Below, piece by piece: positions 21,451-32,618 of a DNA stretch of 64,000 nt. The number at the start of each line of letters is the position of its first letter. The stretch's first letter is position 1. Both the position numbers and the translations under genes were made by a program. The stretch spans positions 1,056,001 to 1,120,000 of the forward strand of contig OY969585.1 of the NCBI GenBank assembly GCA_963701295.1, read 5' to 3'. Source of the DNA: Ignavibacteriota bacterium. Lineage in GTDB: Bacteria > Bacteroidota > Ignavibacteria > UBA10030. The notes below the pieces were generated by a model. The model saw only the letters and a list, made by a program, of their open reading frames with translations. It was not told the DNA's origin and did no database searches.

Positions 21451-21981
21451 ATGATTTTTTCTAAAACAGCCATCCCTGATGCTTTTCTTATTTCTCTCAA
21501 TCGTAATGAAGATGAAAGGGGTTTTTTCGCTCGTACATTTTGCCGCTCTGAATTTACAGAACACGGACTTGTTTCTGATCTTGTACAGTGCAGTATCTCT
21601 TTTAATAAGCAGAAGGGTACTTTGCGCGGTATGCATTTCCAGAAACCGCCGTACGAAGAAACGAAAATAGTGCGTTGCACAATGGGTGCATTGTTCGATG
21701 TTATTATTGATCTGAGGCCTGACTCGCCGACATTTAAACAATGGCTGTCGTTTGAATTAAATGCTGAGAATCGATCGATGTTGTATATCCCACAGGGTCT
21801 TGCTCATGGATTCCTGACGCTTGAAGATAACACTGAAGTGTTTTATCAGATGTCTGATCGATATGTCCCTGAATCTGCCGCAGGCGTTCGATGGAACGAC
21901 GCGGCCTTTGGGATCCAATGGCCTGAGACTCCACATATTATTTCAATGAAGGATCAACAGTATACGGATTTCATCTTATGA
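21451..21981 (+). CDS. rfbC: NDP-4-keto-6-deoxyhexose 3,5-epimerase (RmlC family)
   Basis: DERGFF, GTLRGMH, DLRPDSPT, GLAHGF, GVRWND. Confidence 0.9.
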   Translation: MIFSKTAIPDAFLISLNRNEDERGFFARTFCRSEFTEHGLVSDLVQCSISFNKQKGTLRGMHFQKPPYEETKIVRCTMGALFDVIIDLRPDSPTFKQWLSFELNAENRSMLYIPQGLAHGFLTLEDNTEVFYQMSDRYVPESAAGVRWNDAAFGIQWPETPHIISMKDQQYTDFIL

Positions 21982-22898
21982 TGAAGGTTCTTGTAACCGG
22001 AGGAAGCGGATTTATCGGCCGTCACTGTCTACCAATGCTCGTAGCGAGCGGTTATGAAGTTCACGCTGTGTCTATCATACAAGAGGATCCTGTACCTCAT
22101 ATTCATTGGCATGTTGTTGATTTGCTGAATCCGGGAGAAGTGAACAAACTCATCACACAAGTAAAACCGACACACCTGCTTCACTTATCTTGGTATACAG
22201 TTGTGGGAAAGTACTGGACGTCGCTGGAGAACGTCCGCTGGGTTCAGGCAAGTTTGGAATTACTTCTGGTATTTGCGGCAAATGGTGGTAAGCGGGTCGT
22301 GATGGCAGGAACCTGTGCCGAGTACGATTGGAAATATGAATTGTACTCCGAGCAAACTACGCCTCTTGTACCCGCGACACTTTATGGATCCTGCAAACAC
22401 GCTCTCCAAGTCATGGTGGATGCTTTTTGCAGGCAAACCGGGTTGAGCTATGCGTGGGGACGAATTTTCTTTCTCTATGGCCCGCACGAGCATCCGGATC
22501 GACTCGTCTCTTCTGTAATTCGTTCACTCTTACAAGGAGAACCGGCACGTTGTTCTCATGGCAATCAGTTACGAGATTTCCTTCATGTGGAAGATGTCGG
22601 TCATGCATTTGTTATGCTCCTCAATTCCGATATGGAGGGTGCTGTGAATATTGGACAAGGAACACCGACAGCAATTCGTGAGGTCGTTGAGATCATCAGC
22701 GACCAATTACATGGTAAACATTTGATTCAACTTGGAGCGTTGACTACATCGCCCAATGATCCCCCTGCCTTGATTGCCGATACACACCGCCTCAAAAGCA
22801 TCGGTTGGCAGCCGAAGTACGATTTGAAAACTGGCTTAGAACAAACAATTGCTTGGTGGAAAACAAATCTTAATACTGCTAAAAGATTACAAAAATGA
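21978..22898 (+). CDS. NAD-dependent epimerase/4-ketoreductase (NDP-sugar)
   Basis: TGGSGFIG, GTCAEY, YGSCK (YxxxK), RDFLHV. Confidence 0.85.
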   Translation: MMKVLVTGGSGFIGRHCLPMLVASGYEVHAVSIIQEDPVPHIHWHVVDLLNPGEVNKLITQVKPTHLLHLSWYTVVGKYWTSLENVRWVQASLELLLVFAANGGKRVVMAGTCAEYDWKYELYSEQTTPLVPATLYGSCKHALQVMVDAFCRQTGLSYAWGRIFFLYGPHEHPDRLVSSVIRSLLQGEPARCSHGNQLRDFLHVEDVGHAFVMLLNSDMEGAVNIGQGTPTAIREVVEIISDQLHGKHLIQLGALTTSPNDPPALIADTHRLKSIGWQPKYDLKTGLEQTIAWWKTNLNTAKRLQK

Positions 22899-23659
22899 AA
22901 CTTACCATAGATACGAATTCGAAATTATTAACTTGCGAAATAGATGGCCACACGCAAAACATTGATTTGTACTCAAAAGAAGCGTTTGAATTGATATCGA
23001 ATCAATGGCTCAAGGTAGGATGGAATCAAAAATATCCATATACCTTTAGTTGGATGGGACGACCTATCATTCAATTACCCGAGGATATGATTCGCATCCA
23101 GGAAGTGATTTACCGCATCAAGCCGGATGTGATCATTGAAACTGGAATTGCGCACGGCGGCTCGCTGATATATTATGCCAGCCTCTGTAAAACGATGGGA
23201 AAAGGAAGAGTTATTGGCATCGATATCGAAATTCGTCCACACAACGCTCAAGCAATTAAAGCACATGAATTATTTGGATTTCTTACACTTGTCGAAGGAA
23301 GTTCAACCGATCCAAAGATTGTTGCAAGAGTGAAGAGTATGGTCAAGTTCGGAGAAACCGTTCTGGTAATTCTCGACTCCAACCATACGAAGCAGCATGT
23401 CACCGACGAACTTGAAGCGTATTATACTCTTGTGACACCCAATTCATATATTGTTGCAACAGATGGCAGTATGCGCGATTTATTTGATGTACCGCGAGGA
23501 AAATCAGATTGGAAATGGAATAACCCTACTACTGCTGCAGCCGAATTCCAACAGAACCATCCTGAGTTTATTATTGAACAACCACAGTGGCCTTTTAATG
23601 AAAGCGAACTCTCACTCAATATTACACATTGGCCGGGCGCCTGGTTGAGGAAGAAATAA
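22895..23659 (+). CDS. CmcI/cephalosporin-hydroxylase-family (rhamnosyl O-methyltransferase-like) protein
   Basis: W.GRPIIQLPED, KPDVIIETG.AHGGS, GIDI, LDSNH. Confidence 0.85.
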   Translation: MKLTIDTNSKLLTCEIDGHTQNIDLYSKEAFELISNQWLKVGWNQKYPYTFSWMGRPIIQLPEDMIRIQEVIYRIKPDVIIETGIAHGGSLIYYASLCKTMGKGRVIGIDIEIRPHNAQAIKAHELFGFLTLVEGSSTDPKIVARVKSMVKFGETVLVILDSNHTKQHVTDELEAYYTLVTPNSYIVATDGSMRDLFDVPRGKSDWKWNNPTTAAAEFQQNHPEFIIEQPQWPFNESELSLNITHWPGAWLRKK

Positions 23660-23665
23660 CGCTTC

Positions 23666-25156
23666 ATGTCTTCAATAAAAAAAAATGTCGTTGCAAATTT
23701 TGCCGGGAGTGCATGGACCGGTCTGATGGGTGTGATCTTTGTTCCTCTATACATTCGATTGATGGGTGTAGAGTCGTATGGAGTTATCGGAATTTTTGCC
23801 TCTCTTCAAGCGATGTTTGCGGTACTCGATCTGGGCCTATCTCAAGCTCTGGCTAGGGAAATGGCACGCCTTTCTGTTGATCAGAAAAATGCACTCCGCA
23901 TGGCAGATACGGCACGCACATTGGAAATTATTTATTGGGGAATCGCTCTCGTCGTTGTTGCCGTCATTACGTTGGCGTCACATTTTATCGCTTATCATTG
24001 GTTGAATCCGGAAAAATTATCCAGGGAATTCCTACTGGAAGTCCTCTGGATTATGGCGCTGGTCGTGGGCTTGCGCTGGCCTGTGTCGTTATATACGGGA
24101 GGCCTCAACGGCTTGCAGCGTCAAGTCCTCGTGAATTCGATCCTTGCAATTTTTGCAACTCTGCAAGGAGCAGGCGCGGTAGCAGTGTTATGGCTGATAC
24201 AACCAACAATTCAGGCGTTCTTTTTTTGGCAGGCACTAATGGCGATGGCCCAAGTGATCGTATTGCGGATTGTATTATGGCGAAACCTTTCTTCTGAACG
24301 GAAAGGAAAATTTCACGGAGATGTGCTGAAGGAAATCTGGAAATTCGCAGCGGGTATGACCGGTATCTCCCTGGCCTCAACAATTCTGATGCAAACAGAT
24401 AAAATATTACTCAGCAAGCTGCTTACTCTCTCTGACTTCGGGTACTACACCTTTGCTGCAATGGTGGCAGCAGTACCTGTACAGACTCATCACACCGGTG
24501 TTCACAGCATACTATCCCCGTTTGACTGAGTTGGTTTCCAAAAACGATCAGAATGATCTCGTGAAAACGTATCATCAGGGTTGCCAATTCATGGCAGTTG
24601 CTATTCTTCCTTCAGCACTTACTCTCGCTTTTTTTCTAGAGAAGTACTTAGCTTGTGGGTAAGAGATCCCGGAGTTATTGCTCATGCAAGTTTATTGGTG
24701 AGTTTGTTGGTGATCGGGAATGCTCTCCATGGCTTTATGCATCTGCCCTATGCCTTACAACTCGCGCATGGATGGACAAAGCTTTCTTTTTCTTCAAATT
24801 TGGTTGCCGTAATTTTCTTAGCTCCTGCTATCTATTTTTCAACGATGGCTTGGGGGACTGTGGGAGCTGCTAGTATGTGGATTGTTCTGAATGTAGGATA
24901 TCTCCTCATTGTTATTCAACTCATGCATATCCGGTTATTGAAACATGAAAAATGGTCATGGTATCGCAATGATGTAGGTAAGCTACTAGTGGTTACTCTG
25001 GTTATCACTGGTGTAGGGCGATTGATTATGAGGGATGGTTTGGAAGATATTCTAAAATTCGTGATATTAATAATAGTGTTTGGAACAGCAACCTTGGGTG
25101 CAGTGATGGGAACAACATCGTTGCGTGATACATTGAAGATTCGAAGGATTTTTTGA
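23666..25156 (+). pseudogene. wzx: Wzx-type oligosaccharide flippase split by two compensating frameshifts (possibly sequencing errors)
   Basis: Fragments 23666-24529, 24453-24662 and 24581-25156 join into one flippase (LDLGL, DKILLSKLL, GYY, YPRLT) if one C is removed at 24471-24479 and one T added to the T7 run at 24629-24635. Confidence 0.8.
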
Positions 25157-25205
25157 TTCATCATAAATTATTACAGTGGAAATCATTCTATATACTTACT
25201 AAACG

Positions 25206-26417
25206 ATGAGCGAGAATAATAAATATACTGTTATTATTCCAACGCGAGAAAGAGCAGAGACATTGCGTTATACCCTCCGCACGGTCGTGGAGCAGGATTA
25301 TGCCAACCTTACTATCATTGTAAGCGATAATTTCAGCCAGGACAACACACAAGATGTTGTTTCATCTTTTTCAGATCCTCGGATTCATTATCTCAACACC
25401 GGCAAACGTACGAGTATGTCCGAGAATTTCGAATTTGGCCTGAATCATGTCAGTAAAGGATTTGTCTTATTTCTCGGTGATGATGACGGACTGCTTCCAG
25501 GAGCAATTCGTCGTGTAAACACCATAGTTGAGAAAACCGGCATGCGCGCAGTGACTTCCGGCATTGCACAATATGTTTGGCCAAACCATCCCGATGAACA
25601 TTTGCGAAATAAAATGTCATGGTCCATTCGGGATGATGTTGAAATTCGGCATTCCTCCGAATGGATGAGGACCGTTCTGAGTTTTAGACCGCTCTATACA
25701 TTTGATCTTCCAGGACTATATTGCGGTTTTGTTCATATCGACGTGATCAACTCCATGAAAAAAAATGGTGTGTTTTTCCGATCACAGACACCCGACGCCT
25801 ATTCGGCGTTTGCTTGTGCCGTTGCACTCGACGCGTATGCTTTTTCACATCGGCCATTTGCAATTCATGGCGCCTCAGGACGCAGTAATGGTGCTTCCTA
25901 TTTTCATAAGCAGGACAAATCAGAATCAAATAAATTCTTTCAAGAAAACACTATTCCGTTTCACCCCATGCTTAGGGTCTGTCCCTCTTATCGTGTGATA
26001 GCGTCTGAATCGTTCCTGCAGCTGAGAGATGCATTTCCCGAGAAAACAAGTTCCTATAAATTTGATTTGAACGCACTCTTATCTGCAGCATTAAGCGAAC
26101 GCAATGAGTACACTCGTACAGTGATTGACCAAGCCGTTATGGAAATGGCCACTCAGAACAAATTGAATGTGAACCATATTTATCGTCAAGGAAAAAGGAT
26201 CGTGCCAAGAATTCAAAGATATCTCTATGAGCTCTCTAAACTGTTTCCATTGCGTGCGGCATATTCTGGTATTCCCGATTTGTCTATCCTTGGTATTTCC
26301 AATATCTATGATGCAGCAAAAGCGATGGTCGTTTTTTGGGGAATCAACGACGGTGTCATTAGAACACGCTATCGATCTTATTTGAAACGATTTTTGATGA
26401 TGTTCAAAAAGTCGTAA
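25206..26417 (+). CDS. GT2 glycosyltransferase
   Basis: IIPTRER, VSDNFS.D, FLGDDD. Confidence 0.85.
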   Translation: MSENNKYTVIIPTRERAETLRYTLRTVVEQDYANLTIIVSDNFSQDNTQDVVSSFSDPRIHYLNTGKRTSMSENFEFGLNHVSKGFVLFLGDDDGLLPGAIRRVNTIVEKTGMRAVTSGIAQYVWPNHPDEHLRNKMSWSIRDDVEIRHSSEWMRTVLSFRPLYTFDLPGLYCGFVHIDVINSMKKNGVFFRSQTPDAYSAFACAVALDAYAFSHRPFAIHGASGRSNGASYFHKQDKSESNKFFQENTIPFHPMLRVCPSYRVIASESFLQLRDAFPEKTSSYKFDLNALLSAALSERNEYTRTVIDQAVMEMATQNKLNVNHIYRQGKRIVPRIQRYLYELSKLFPLRAAYSGIPDLSILGISNIYDAAKAMVVFWGINDGVIRTRYRSYLKRFLMMFKKS

Positions 26418-26502
26418 GGTTTGTTCTCTGGGATGTTATGTCAAGCAATCCGGAAGACATTTCCCAATATAATTTATCAGTCAGTATGTATCTTTGTTAA
26501 AT

Positions 26503-27417
26503 ATGACAGATCAACCATTTACTACTCCCATTCTTTTCCTCATCTTCAATCGTCCGGACACAACCGAAAAAGTATTTCAAAGAATTCGGGATATTCGGCC
26601 GCGTCAGCTCTTCATATCAGCAGATGGACCGCGTCAACACAAAAATGGTGAAGACCGGCTCTGTGCCGAGACGCGAAAGATTGTTGAAAAAGTAGATTGG
26701 AAATGCGAACTCCAGACAAACTTTTCGAAAAAAAACTTAGGATGTCGAATAGGTGTCAGCTCCGGCATCGACTGGTTCTTCCGTCACGTAGACGAAGGAA
26801 TTATTCTTGAAGATGATTGCCTGCCGGACTTGTCATTTTTCCATTTCTGCCGATCATTGCTTGCCCATTACCGAGACGATACCAGAATTATGCATATCGG
26901 GGGATCAAATTTTCAAGATGGGATAAATCGTGGATCAGGCAGTTACTATTTTTCCTCATTAAATCATGTTTGGGGTTGGGCTACGTGGAAGCGTGCATGG
27001 GGAAAATATGATGTAGATATGAAATCCTATCCCCAATGCTTACGTGAAGAAAAACTATTGCAACTTTTCCCTGATCCAGCCTCCCGTAGGTATTGGAAAA
27101 AGAACTTCGATCTCGTCTATGAGCAAAGAAAGGATACATGGGATTTTCAGTGGCAATATGCTACATCCTTCTATCAGGGACTGACCATTATTCCCAATAA
27201 GAATTTAATATCGAATATCGGATTCAACTATAACGCAACGCACACAGTTGATCTCTTTCACTCACTGGCCGATCGCCCGACTTCAAACATTGCTTTGATC
27301 AATCACCCGGCATTCGTTGTGCCCGATCTCCATGCCGATCGTTATACTTTTAGAAAATATATGAACCCCAACAAATTTAAGAAAACGTGGCAATTGATTC
27401 AACGTTGGTTGAATTAA
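26503..27417 (+). CDS. Nucleotide-diphospho-sugar transferase (GT-A fold, HlpA-like)
   Basis: FNRP, SADGPR, NLGC, ILEDDC, WGWATW.RAW, DTWD.QW, NIGF. Confidence 0.82.
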   Translation: MTDQPFTTPILFLIFNRPDTTEKVFQRIRDIRPRQLFISADGPRQHKNGEDRLCAETRKIVEKVDWKCELQTNFSKKNLGCRIGVSSGIDWFFRHVDEGIILEDDCLPDLSFFHFCRSLLAHYRDDTRIMHIGGSNFQDGINRGSGSYYFSSLNHVWGWATWKRAWGKYDVDMKSYPQCLREEKLLQLFPDPASRRYWKKNFDLVYEQRKDTWDFQWQYATSFYQGLTIIPNKNLISNIGFNYNATHTVDLFHSLADRPTSNIALINHPAFVVPDLHADRYTFRKYMNPNKFKKTWQLIQRWLN

Positions 27418-27444
27418 ACGTATTTCATCTGAAAGGTAACGCGA

Positions 27445-28248
27445 TTGATTTGCAAGATATGCAATAGCGCAATTTCTAAAATATTCCGCAGAAATATACT
27501 CAACCGCTATAATATAGATTACTTCCAATGCTCATCATGTGGATTTATACAGACAGAAGAACCGTTTTGGCTGAATGAAGCTTATCATGGACCTATTACG
27601 ATTGAAGACACTGGAATAATAAAGAGAAATGTTTTATCTGCAAAACGAACAAGTACTATACTCTATTTTCTTTTTAACAAAGAGGGACGCTTTCTGGATT
27701 ATGGAGGTGGCTATGGACTTTTTGTACGATTGATGCGTGATTACGGCTTCGATTTTTATTGGACAGATCCTCTCACGGAGAATCTTTTTGCACGAGGATT
27801 CAGTTTCGACAGTGGAAGCGATGTGCCTGTCGAACTCTTAACCACATTTGAATGTTTTGAACATTTCGTGAATCCCCTACAGGAAATAGAGAAGATGCTT
27901 TCGATATCTCGTTCGATATTATTTTCAACCGAGACATTTACTTCCGGAACACCCAATCCGGAGCAGTGGCAATACTATTACTTTTCTCATGGACAACATA
28001 TCGCCTTCTATTCCATCGCAACTCTCAAGAAAATCGCCGAAATATTCAACTTGCATCTTTATACGAATGGAAAGAGTTTTCATTTATTAACACAAAAAGT
28101 AACGAGCAGTACACTGTTCAATGTATTACTCAAATCATCATTACTTGGTATTCCATCAATGATAGCGATGCGTATGGGAAGTAAAACAAGAATCGATTCA
28201 CATGCAACTGAACATAGAAAACGACCAGCAGATCAGAGGGAAAAATGA
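27445..28248 (+). CDS. Class I SAM-dependent methyltransferase with N-terminal Zn ribbon
   Basis: CKIC...CSSC, LDYGGGYG, FE.FEHF, GQHIAFY; TTG start. Confidence 0.82.
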   Translation: MICKICNSAISKIFRRNILNRYNIDYFQCSSCGFIQTEEPFWLNEAYHGPITIEDTGIIKRNVLSAKRTSTILYFLFNKEGRFLDYGGGYGLFVRLMRDYGFDFYWTDPLTENLFARGFSFDSGSDVPVELLTTFECFEHFVNPLQEIEKMLSISRSILFSTETFTSGTPNPEQWQYYYFSHGQHIAFYSIATLKKIAEIFNLHLYTNGKSFHLLTQKVTSSTLFNVLLKSSLLGIPSMIAMRMGSKTRIDSHATEHRKRPADQREK

Positions 28249-29351
28249 ACGTTCTCTTTGACCCTCAAGTATTCTCGTTTCAGGAACATGGCGGAATATC
28301 AAGGTATTACTACCAACTCTTTAAAGCATTTTTAGGTATGGAAGGTATCATACCTGAACTCCTTATTAGGTATTCGAACAATAGGTACATAATCAATTTT
28401 GACGATGTTCATGTTAAACAATTTTTTCCTGCGCATAGGTTTAAGGGGAGAAATGAAATTATAAAATTATTGAACCGTATATATGTCAGAAACAGCTTTC
28501 CCCAACGCTCTGGTCCATGCGTGTTTCATCCAACGTACTACCATCCATATTTCATGAACCTTATCGGCGATATACCGTTTGTTCTCACAGTTTATGATAT
28601 GGCGCATGAACATTATCCTCATATGTTCAGTAGATTTGATTATACCTCTGAGCATAAAAAGAATGTGGCGCTTAAAGCAGATCGTCTTATTGCCATTTCT
28701 GAGCATACTAAAAATGACATCGTCACTTTACTAAAGATACCTGCTTCGAGGATTGATGTCATTCCGCTCGCTACCACGTTATCATGCACTGATGCAAAAG
28801 AGCCGTCTATTCCTCTGCCGAATCATTTCATTATGTATGTCGGCAAGCGTAATACGTATAAGAATTTTTTCTTCCTTTTGCATGCACTCAAGGTGTTCTT
28901 TAAAACATATACAAAATGTTTCTTAGTATGCGCGGGTGGAGGCACATTCACAAAACAAGAAATCCGTGAAATTGAAAGGCTGCACTTGTCCGAGCGCATC
29001 ATCCAATTACATGCAGACGATGCTCTCTTGGCATATCTTTATTCCAAAGCACGGGCATTTGTCTATCCTTCGCTCTACGAAGGGTTCGGCATTCCTGTCC
29101 TTGAGGCATTTGCCTGCGGTTGTCCGGCCATACTAAGCGAGAGAAGTTCGCTGCCCGAGGTAGGAGGAGACGCTGCACAGTATTTCGATCCGGAAAATCC
29201 AGCAAGTCTTGTGACGGTACTCTCTGAAGTATTGAACAATAACAATGCAGCCGATCACATGAGAGAAAAGGGATTGGAAAGGGTAAAATTATTTTCTTGG
29301 GATGATACTGCTCAAAAAACTCTTGAGACGTATAAGAAAGTAATTCGTTAA
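28245..29351 (+). CDS. GT4 glycosyltransferase
   Basis: GGISRY, TVYDM, YKN, YPSLYEGFGIPVLEA. Confidence 0.92.
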   Translation: MNVLFDPQVFSFQEHGGISRYYYQLFKAFLGMEGIIPELLIRYSNNRYIINFDDVHVKQFFPAHRFKGRNEIIKLLNRIYVRNSFPQRSGPCVFHPTYYHPYFMNLIGDIPFVLTVYDMAHEHYPHMFSRFDYTSEHKKNVALKADRLIAISEHTKNDIVTLLKIPASRIDVIPLATTLSCTDAKEPSIPLPNHFIMYVGKRNTYKNFFFLLHALKVFFKTYTKCFLVCAGGGTFTKQEIREIERLHLSERIIQLHADDALLAYLYSKARAFVYPSLYEGFGIPVLEAFACGCPAILSERSSLPEVGGDAAQYFDPENPASLVTVLSEVLNNNNAADHMREKGLERVKLFSWDDTAQKTLETYKKVIR

Positions 29352-29470
29352 TCTCATGCAACGGTACTATCATCGTCGAAATACGGCTTAACTGAAAGTT
29401 CGACTCCGCATTATCAATTGAACGAATATGATATCCAAAGACGACTCACACAGAGAAAGTACATTGCTTT

Positions 29471-30382
29471 ATGGCAACTTCTAAAAAGAATCTCATCGAT
29501 ATAAATTATAAAGCTCAAGAAGTCAATATCGAAAACATAGCAAAAGAAAAAGAACAAAATTTGTTTCACATTAGGAACCAGAACTGCGCTGCCTATAAGT
29601 TAACGGCAGAGCCGTTGAAGAATCTAGAACCTTTTTTCGATGCAAAGAAAACATGGTTAACAGTAGCAGATTATAATGGCCTCGAAGCAAATTATTTATT
29701 GCAACAGGGACAAAATGTCATAGCGTCGGATATTTCAGATGCTCTGCTCAAAGAAGTTAAAGCCGAAGGCCTTATTACGGGGTACAGCAAACAGAACGTT
29801 GAAAAACTAACATATGGTGATAACTCATTTGATTATGTTATGTGCAAAGAAGCTTTTCACCACTTCCCACGAGCTTATTGGGGACTTTATGAAATGATAC
29901 GTGTGAGCAGAATTGCGACAATTCTTGTTACTGAACCAATTGATATACTTTCTAAAATGTCACTGCTCGTTCTGATCAAAAATATCTGTGATAGGATACA
30001 TCCATTATTGATCAATAAACTCTGGAAAAATCGTTTTTCTTGGGAAACTGTCGGCAACTATGTATTCAAAATTTCTGAGAGAGAGATAGAAAAAATGGCA
30101 ATGGGCATAGGACTTCCATTTATCGCATTTAAAAAATATACCAACTTCAATGGTCATAAGAAATATGACGGCATGATGGACGTTCCGCTTAATCAAAAGC
30201 TTTACAAAAAAATAAAGCTGAACCTGGCAATAAGGAATATGATAAGCTCATTGGGAATAATTCCTCATGGCTCTTTGTGTTGCGTTGTATTTAAAGGACA
30301 ACCAGGTGAAGAAATTGTAAAAAAAATGAAAGACAAAGGATTTATTACTATCCAACTACCTGCAAATCCATATCTGAAGTGA
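29471..30382 (+). CDS. Class I SAM-dependent methyltransferase-like protein
   Basis: ASDIS, DNSFDYV, EAFHHFPR, EMIRV; motif I divergent (VADYNGLEA). Confidence 0.65.
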   Translation: MATSKKNLIDINYKAQEVNIENIAKEKEQNLFHIRNQNCAAYKLTAEPLKNLEPFFDAKKTWLTVADYNGLEANYLLQQGQNVIASDISDALLKEVKAEGLITGYSKQNVEKLTYGDNSFDYVMCKEAFHHFPRAYWGLYEMIRVSRIATILVTEPIDILSKMSLLVLIKNICDRIHPLLINKLWKNRFSWETVGNYVFKISEREIEKMAMGIGLPFIAFKKYTNFNGHKKYDGMMDVPLNQKLYKKIKLNLAIRNMISSLGIIPHGSLCCVVFKGQPGEEIVKKMKDKGFITIQLPANPYLK

Positions 30383-30521
30383 AGTCAATCTACATCGAAT
30401 GCTTGCCTATCAGGGAACTTGGAAGGCACTGATCCCATTTCTTTACCGCGCGTTGACATACAACTATTTATATATTTAAATGTTTTTAAAAAAGTAATTT
30501 AGATAGGTTAAAAGAGAAATT

Positions 30522-31787
30522 TTATAGCGGGACGGCTTCGCTAAGAATTTCAGCTAACGTTTCAGCAATTTCTTTTCTGTTGAAACGGCGTACAACACTC
30601 ATAGTGGTTTGAAAATTGTGCGCACGGTCGAAGAATTCCCGGGCATTTGAGGTATATGGAAAAATCATTCCTGCATTTGTTTCATCAAGAATTTGTCGGA
30701 TTTCTTCATTGTCATCTCCGAACGCAAGGATAGGTTTGCCGGAACGAAGATATTCGAAGAGTTTTCCGGGTACGTGGCGTTTCTCCGTTGCGCATACCAT
30801 AACGTACGATGAAGCGCCTAATTCTTCAATCATTTTATGATACGGGAGAAATCCCTTAAATTCGGCCCGGTCACTGAGTCCTGCTTCCGTGAGCGAATGC
30901 CGAATACCAGAACTGACCGTTCCGATAAAAACAATCTTGATATTCCTTCCATTGTGTATTTCCTTTTGAAGAGTTGCCCAGAGTGCTTTTGGATTTTGAT
31001 AATCAAAAATATTTCCTGCATGCAAAAGAATTTCTGTTGCTGACACGCTCTTTGGAATATAATCATGAAACGACTCTTCGTTATATCCCCAATACAGAAC
31101 ATGTGATGTATTTCGGATAGCAGGATATCGCCGTGCATAATCTTCTCTCATGCTTTCCGTAACAAACACTCTGTGTGAAGCTTCTTCTAGGACAGACCGT
31201 TCTAGGTGACGATCAAGCGCAAGTGTAAGTACGCTTCGCTTGAAGTCACGATAATACGCGATATCAACCCACGGATCGATGAAAACGGGAATATGCGGAA
31301 TGCCAAATTTCTTGCTTAACTTTTTCCCAACCAACAATGTCGTATGCGGCGGGCCAATGGAAACAATTGCTTGAATGTTTTCGGAACGAAGAATTTGTTT
31401 TCCTTTGTGAACGGCATTCCAGTACCAGCCAATGCGTGCATCCGGGATAAAGAGATTCATCCGTATCCAGATTGCAAGCCGATGACGTAATCCGCGATTG
31501 GTCGTTGATATTGTTTCCGACGCTGTTAACGGTGTGTTCTTTTCTTTTCCTAATAAGCGGCGGTAGAGGCCGAACGGTTCAAGTGCCCGTGCTTTAAAAA
31601 CTTTCAGATCAGGATCAACTTCCTTGAGCAAGGATTCATCTTGAGAAGAAAATATATCTTCGTCAGCAGTGAGAACAAGCGGCTGCCATCCAAATTCTGG
31701 CAAATGTTGGATCATTTTCAGCGGCCAGTGTACAGTCGCTTTGCCAGACGGAGGCCAAAAATATGTAATGAAGAGAACTTTTTGCAT
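30522..31787 (-). CDS. GT4-family glycosyltransferase
   Basis: ITYFWPP, IPDARIGW, DPW, PGKLFEYL. Confidence 0.85.
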   Translation of the reverse strand: MQKVLFITYFWPPSGKATVHWPLKMIQHLPEFGWQPLVLTADEDIFSSQDESLLKEVDPDLKVFKARALEPFGLYRRLLGKEKNTPLTASETISTTNRGLRHRLAIWIRMNLFIPDARIGWYWNAVHKGKQILRSENIQAIVSIGPPHTTLLVGKKLSKKFGIPHIPVFIDPWVDIAYYRDFKRSVLTLALDRHLERSVLEEASHRVFVTESMREDYARRYPAIRNTSHVLYWGYNEESFHDYIPKSVSATEILLHAGNIFDYQNPKALWATLQKEIHNGRNIKIVFIGTVSSGIRHSLTEAGLSDRAEFKGFLPYHKMIEELGASSYVMVCATEKRHVPGKLFEYLRSGKPILAFGDDNEEIRQILDETNAGMIFPYTSNAREFFDRAHNFQTTMSVVRRFNRKEIAETLAEILSEAVPL

Positions 31788-31848
31788 ACGCTAATGCAAC
31801 AATGTACTTTGAATCTCGAGGAATGACAACAAGTTTTCGCGTGAATTT

Positions 31849-32613
31849 CTATTCACAGATTGAACCGAGTTCGAGGAGAAGGGGCACATTTTTCTGTCTA
31901 AGCTGTGCTATCGGCATTTCATCGAAGGTTCTTCCGGAGAGTTCACGGCCGGCTGCTTTTTTGCGGACACCGCCCCACTGCTTGAAAAAGAATGGGATAT
32001 TCATTTCACGGCAGCGGCGTTTAATCTGTGTTATCCAATCACGCTCCATCGGACGCGCACCCGGGCCTGATTCGCCGCCGACGATAACCCAATCGATTCC
32101 TCTCAGCGGAAGTTTTGAGATAGGACCAAGCAATGGCTCTAAGGAAAGAAATCGAACAGCAGCAGGTACTTTGACCAGTTCATGGATCCGGTCTGTATAT
32201 TTTTGAGATTCGACACTCACGCCCATCCAGACATTTTCAGGCCATGGAAGAAAAGGTGCTATGTGCACTAACCGATCCGATCTTTTTGTAAGTATCTGGA
32301 ATGTGTGCCAATATGCGCGCCTCATGGTATCAAAGACTTTTACGATAAAATCGCAAGGAACATCTTTATGCAATAAATCGCTCATGGAATTGACAAAAAT
32401 GACGCGCGGTTGTTTCCATTCGAGCGGCAATTCGACGATGTCTTCCTGAAGAGTTACCTTAAATCCATTTCGATAGCGCTGTGATCCCATTGCTTGAAGT
32501 CGCATAGCCATACGCTCGGCATAGCAGTTCTTGCAGCCCGGACTGATTTTGCTGCAGCCAGTTACCGGGTTCCAGGTGGATTCTGTCCATTCGATACTAG
32601 AATTTTGCGACAT
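31849..32613 (-). CDS. DUF5131 (phage Gp37/Gp68-like, radical-SAM-like three-Cys) protein
   Basis: [67 protein letters not shown]. Confidence 0.93.
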   Translation of the reverse strand: MSQNSSIEWTESTWNPVTGCSKISPGCKNCYAERMAMRLQAMGSQRYRNGFKVTLQEDIVELPLEWKQPRVIFVNSMSDLLHKDVPCDFIVKVFDTMRRAYWHTFQILTKRSDRLVHIAPFLPWPENVWMGVSVESQKYTDRIHELVKVPAAVRFLSLEPLLGPISKLPLRGIDWVIVGGESGPGARPMERDWITQIKRRCREMNIPFFFKQWGGVRKKAAGRELSGRTFDEMPIAQLRQKNVPLLLELGSICE

Positions 32614-32618
32614 ATCTT

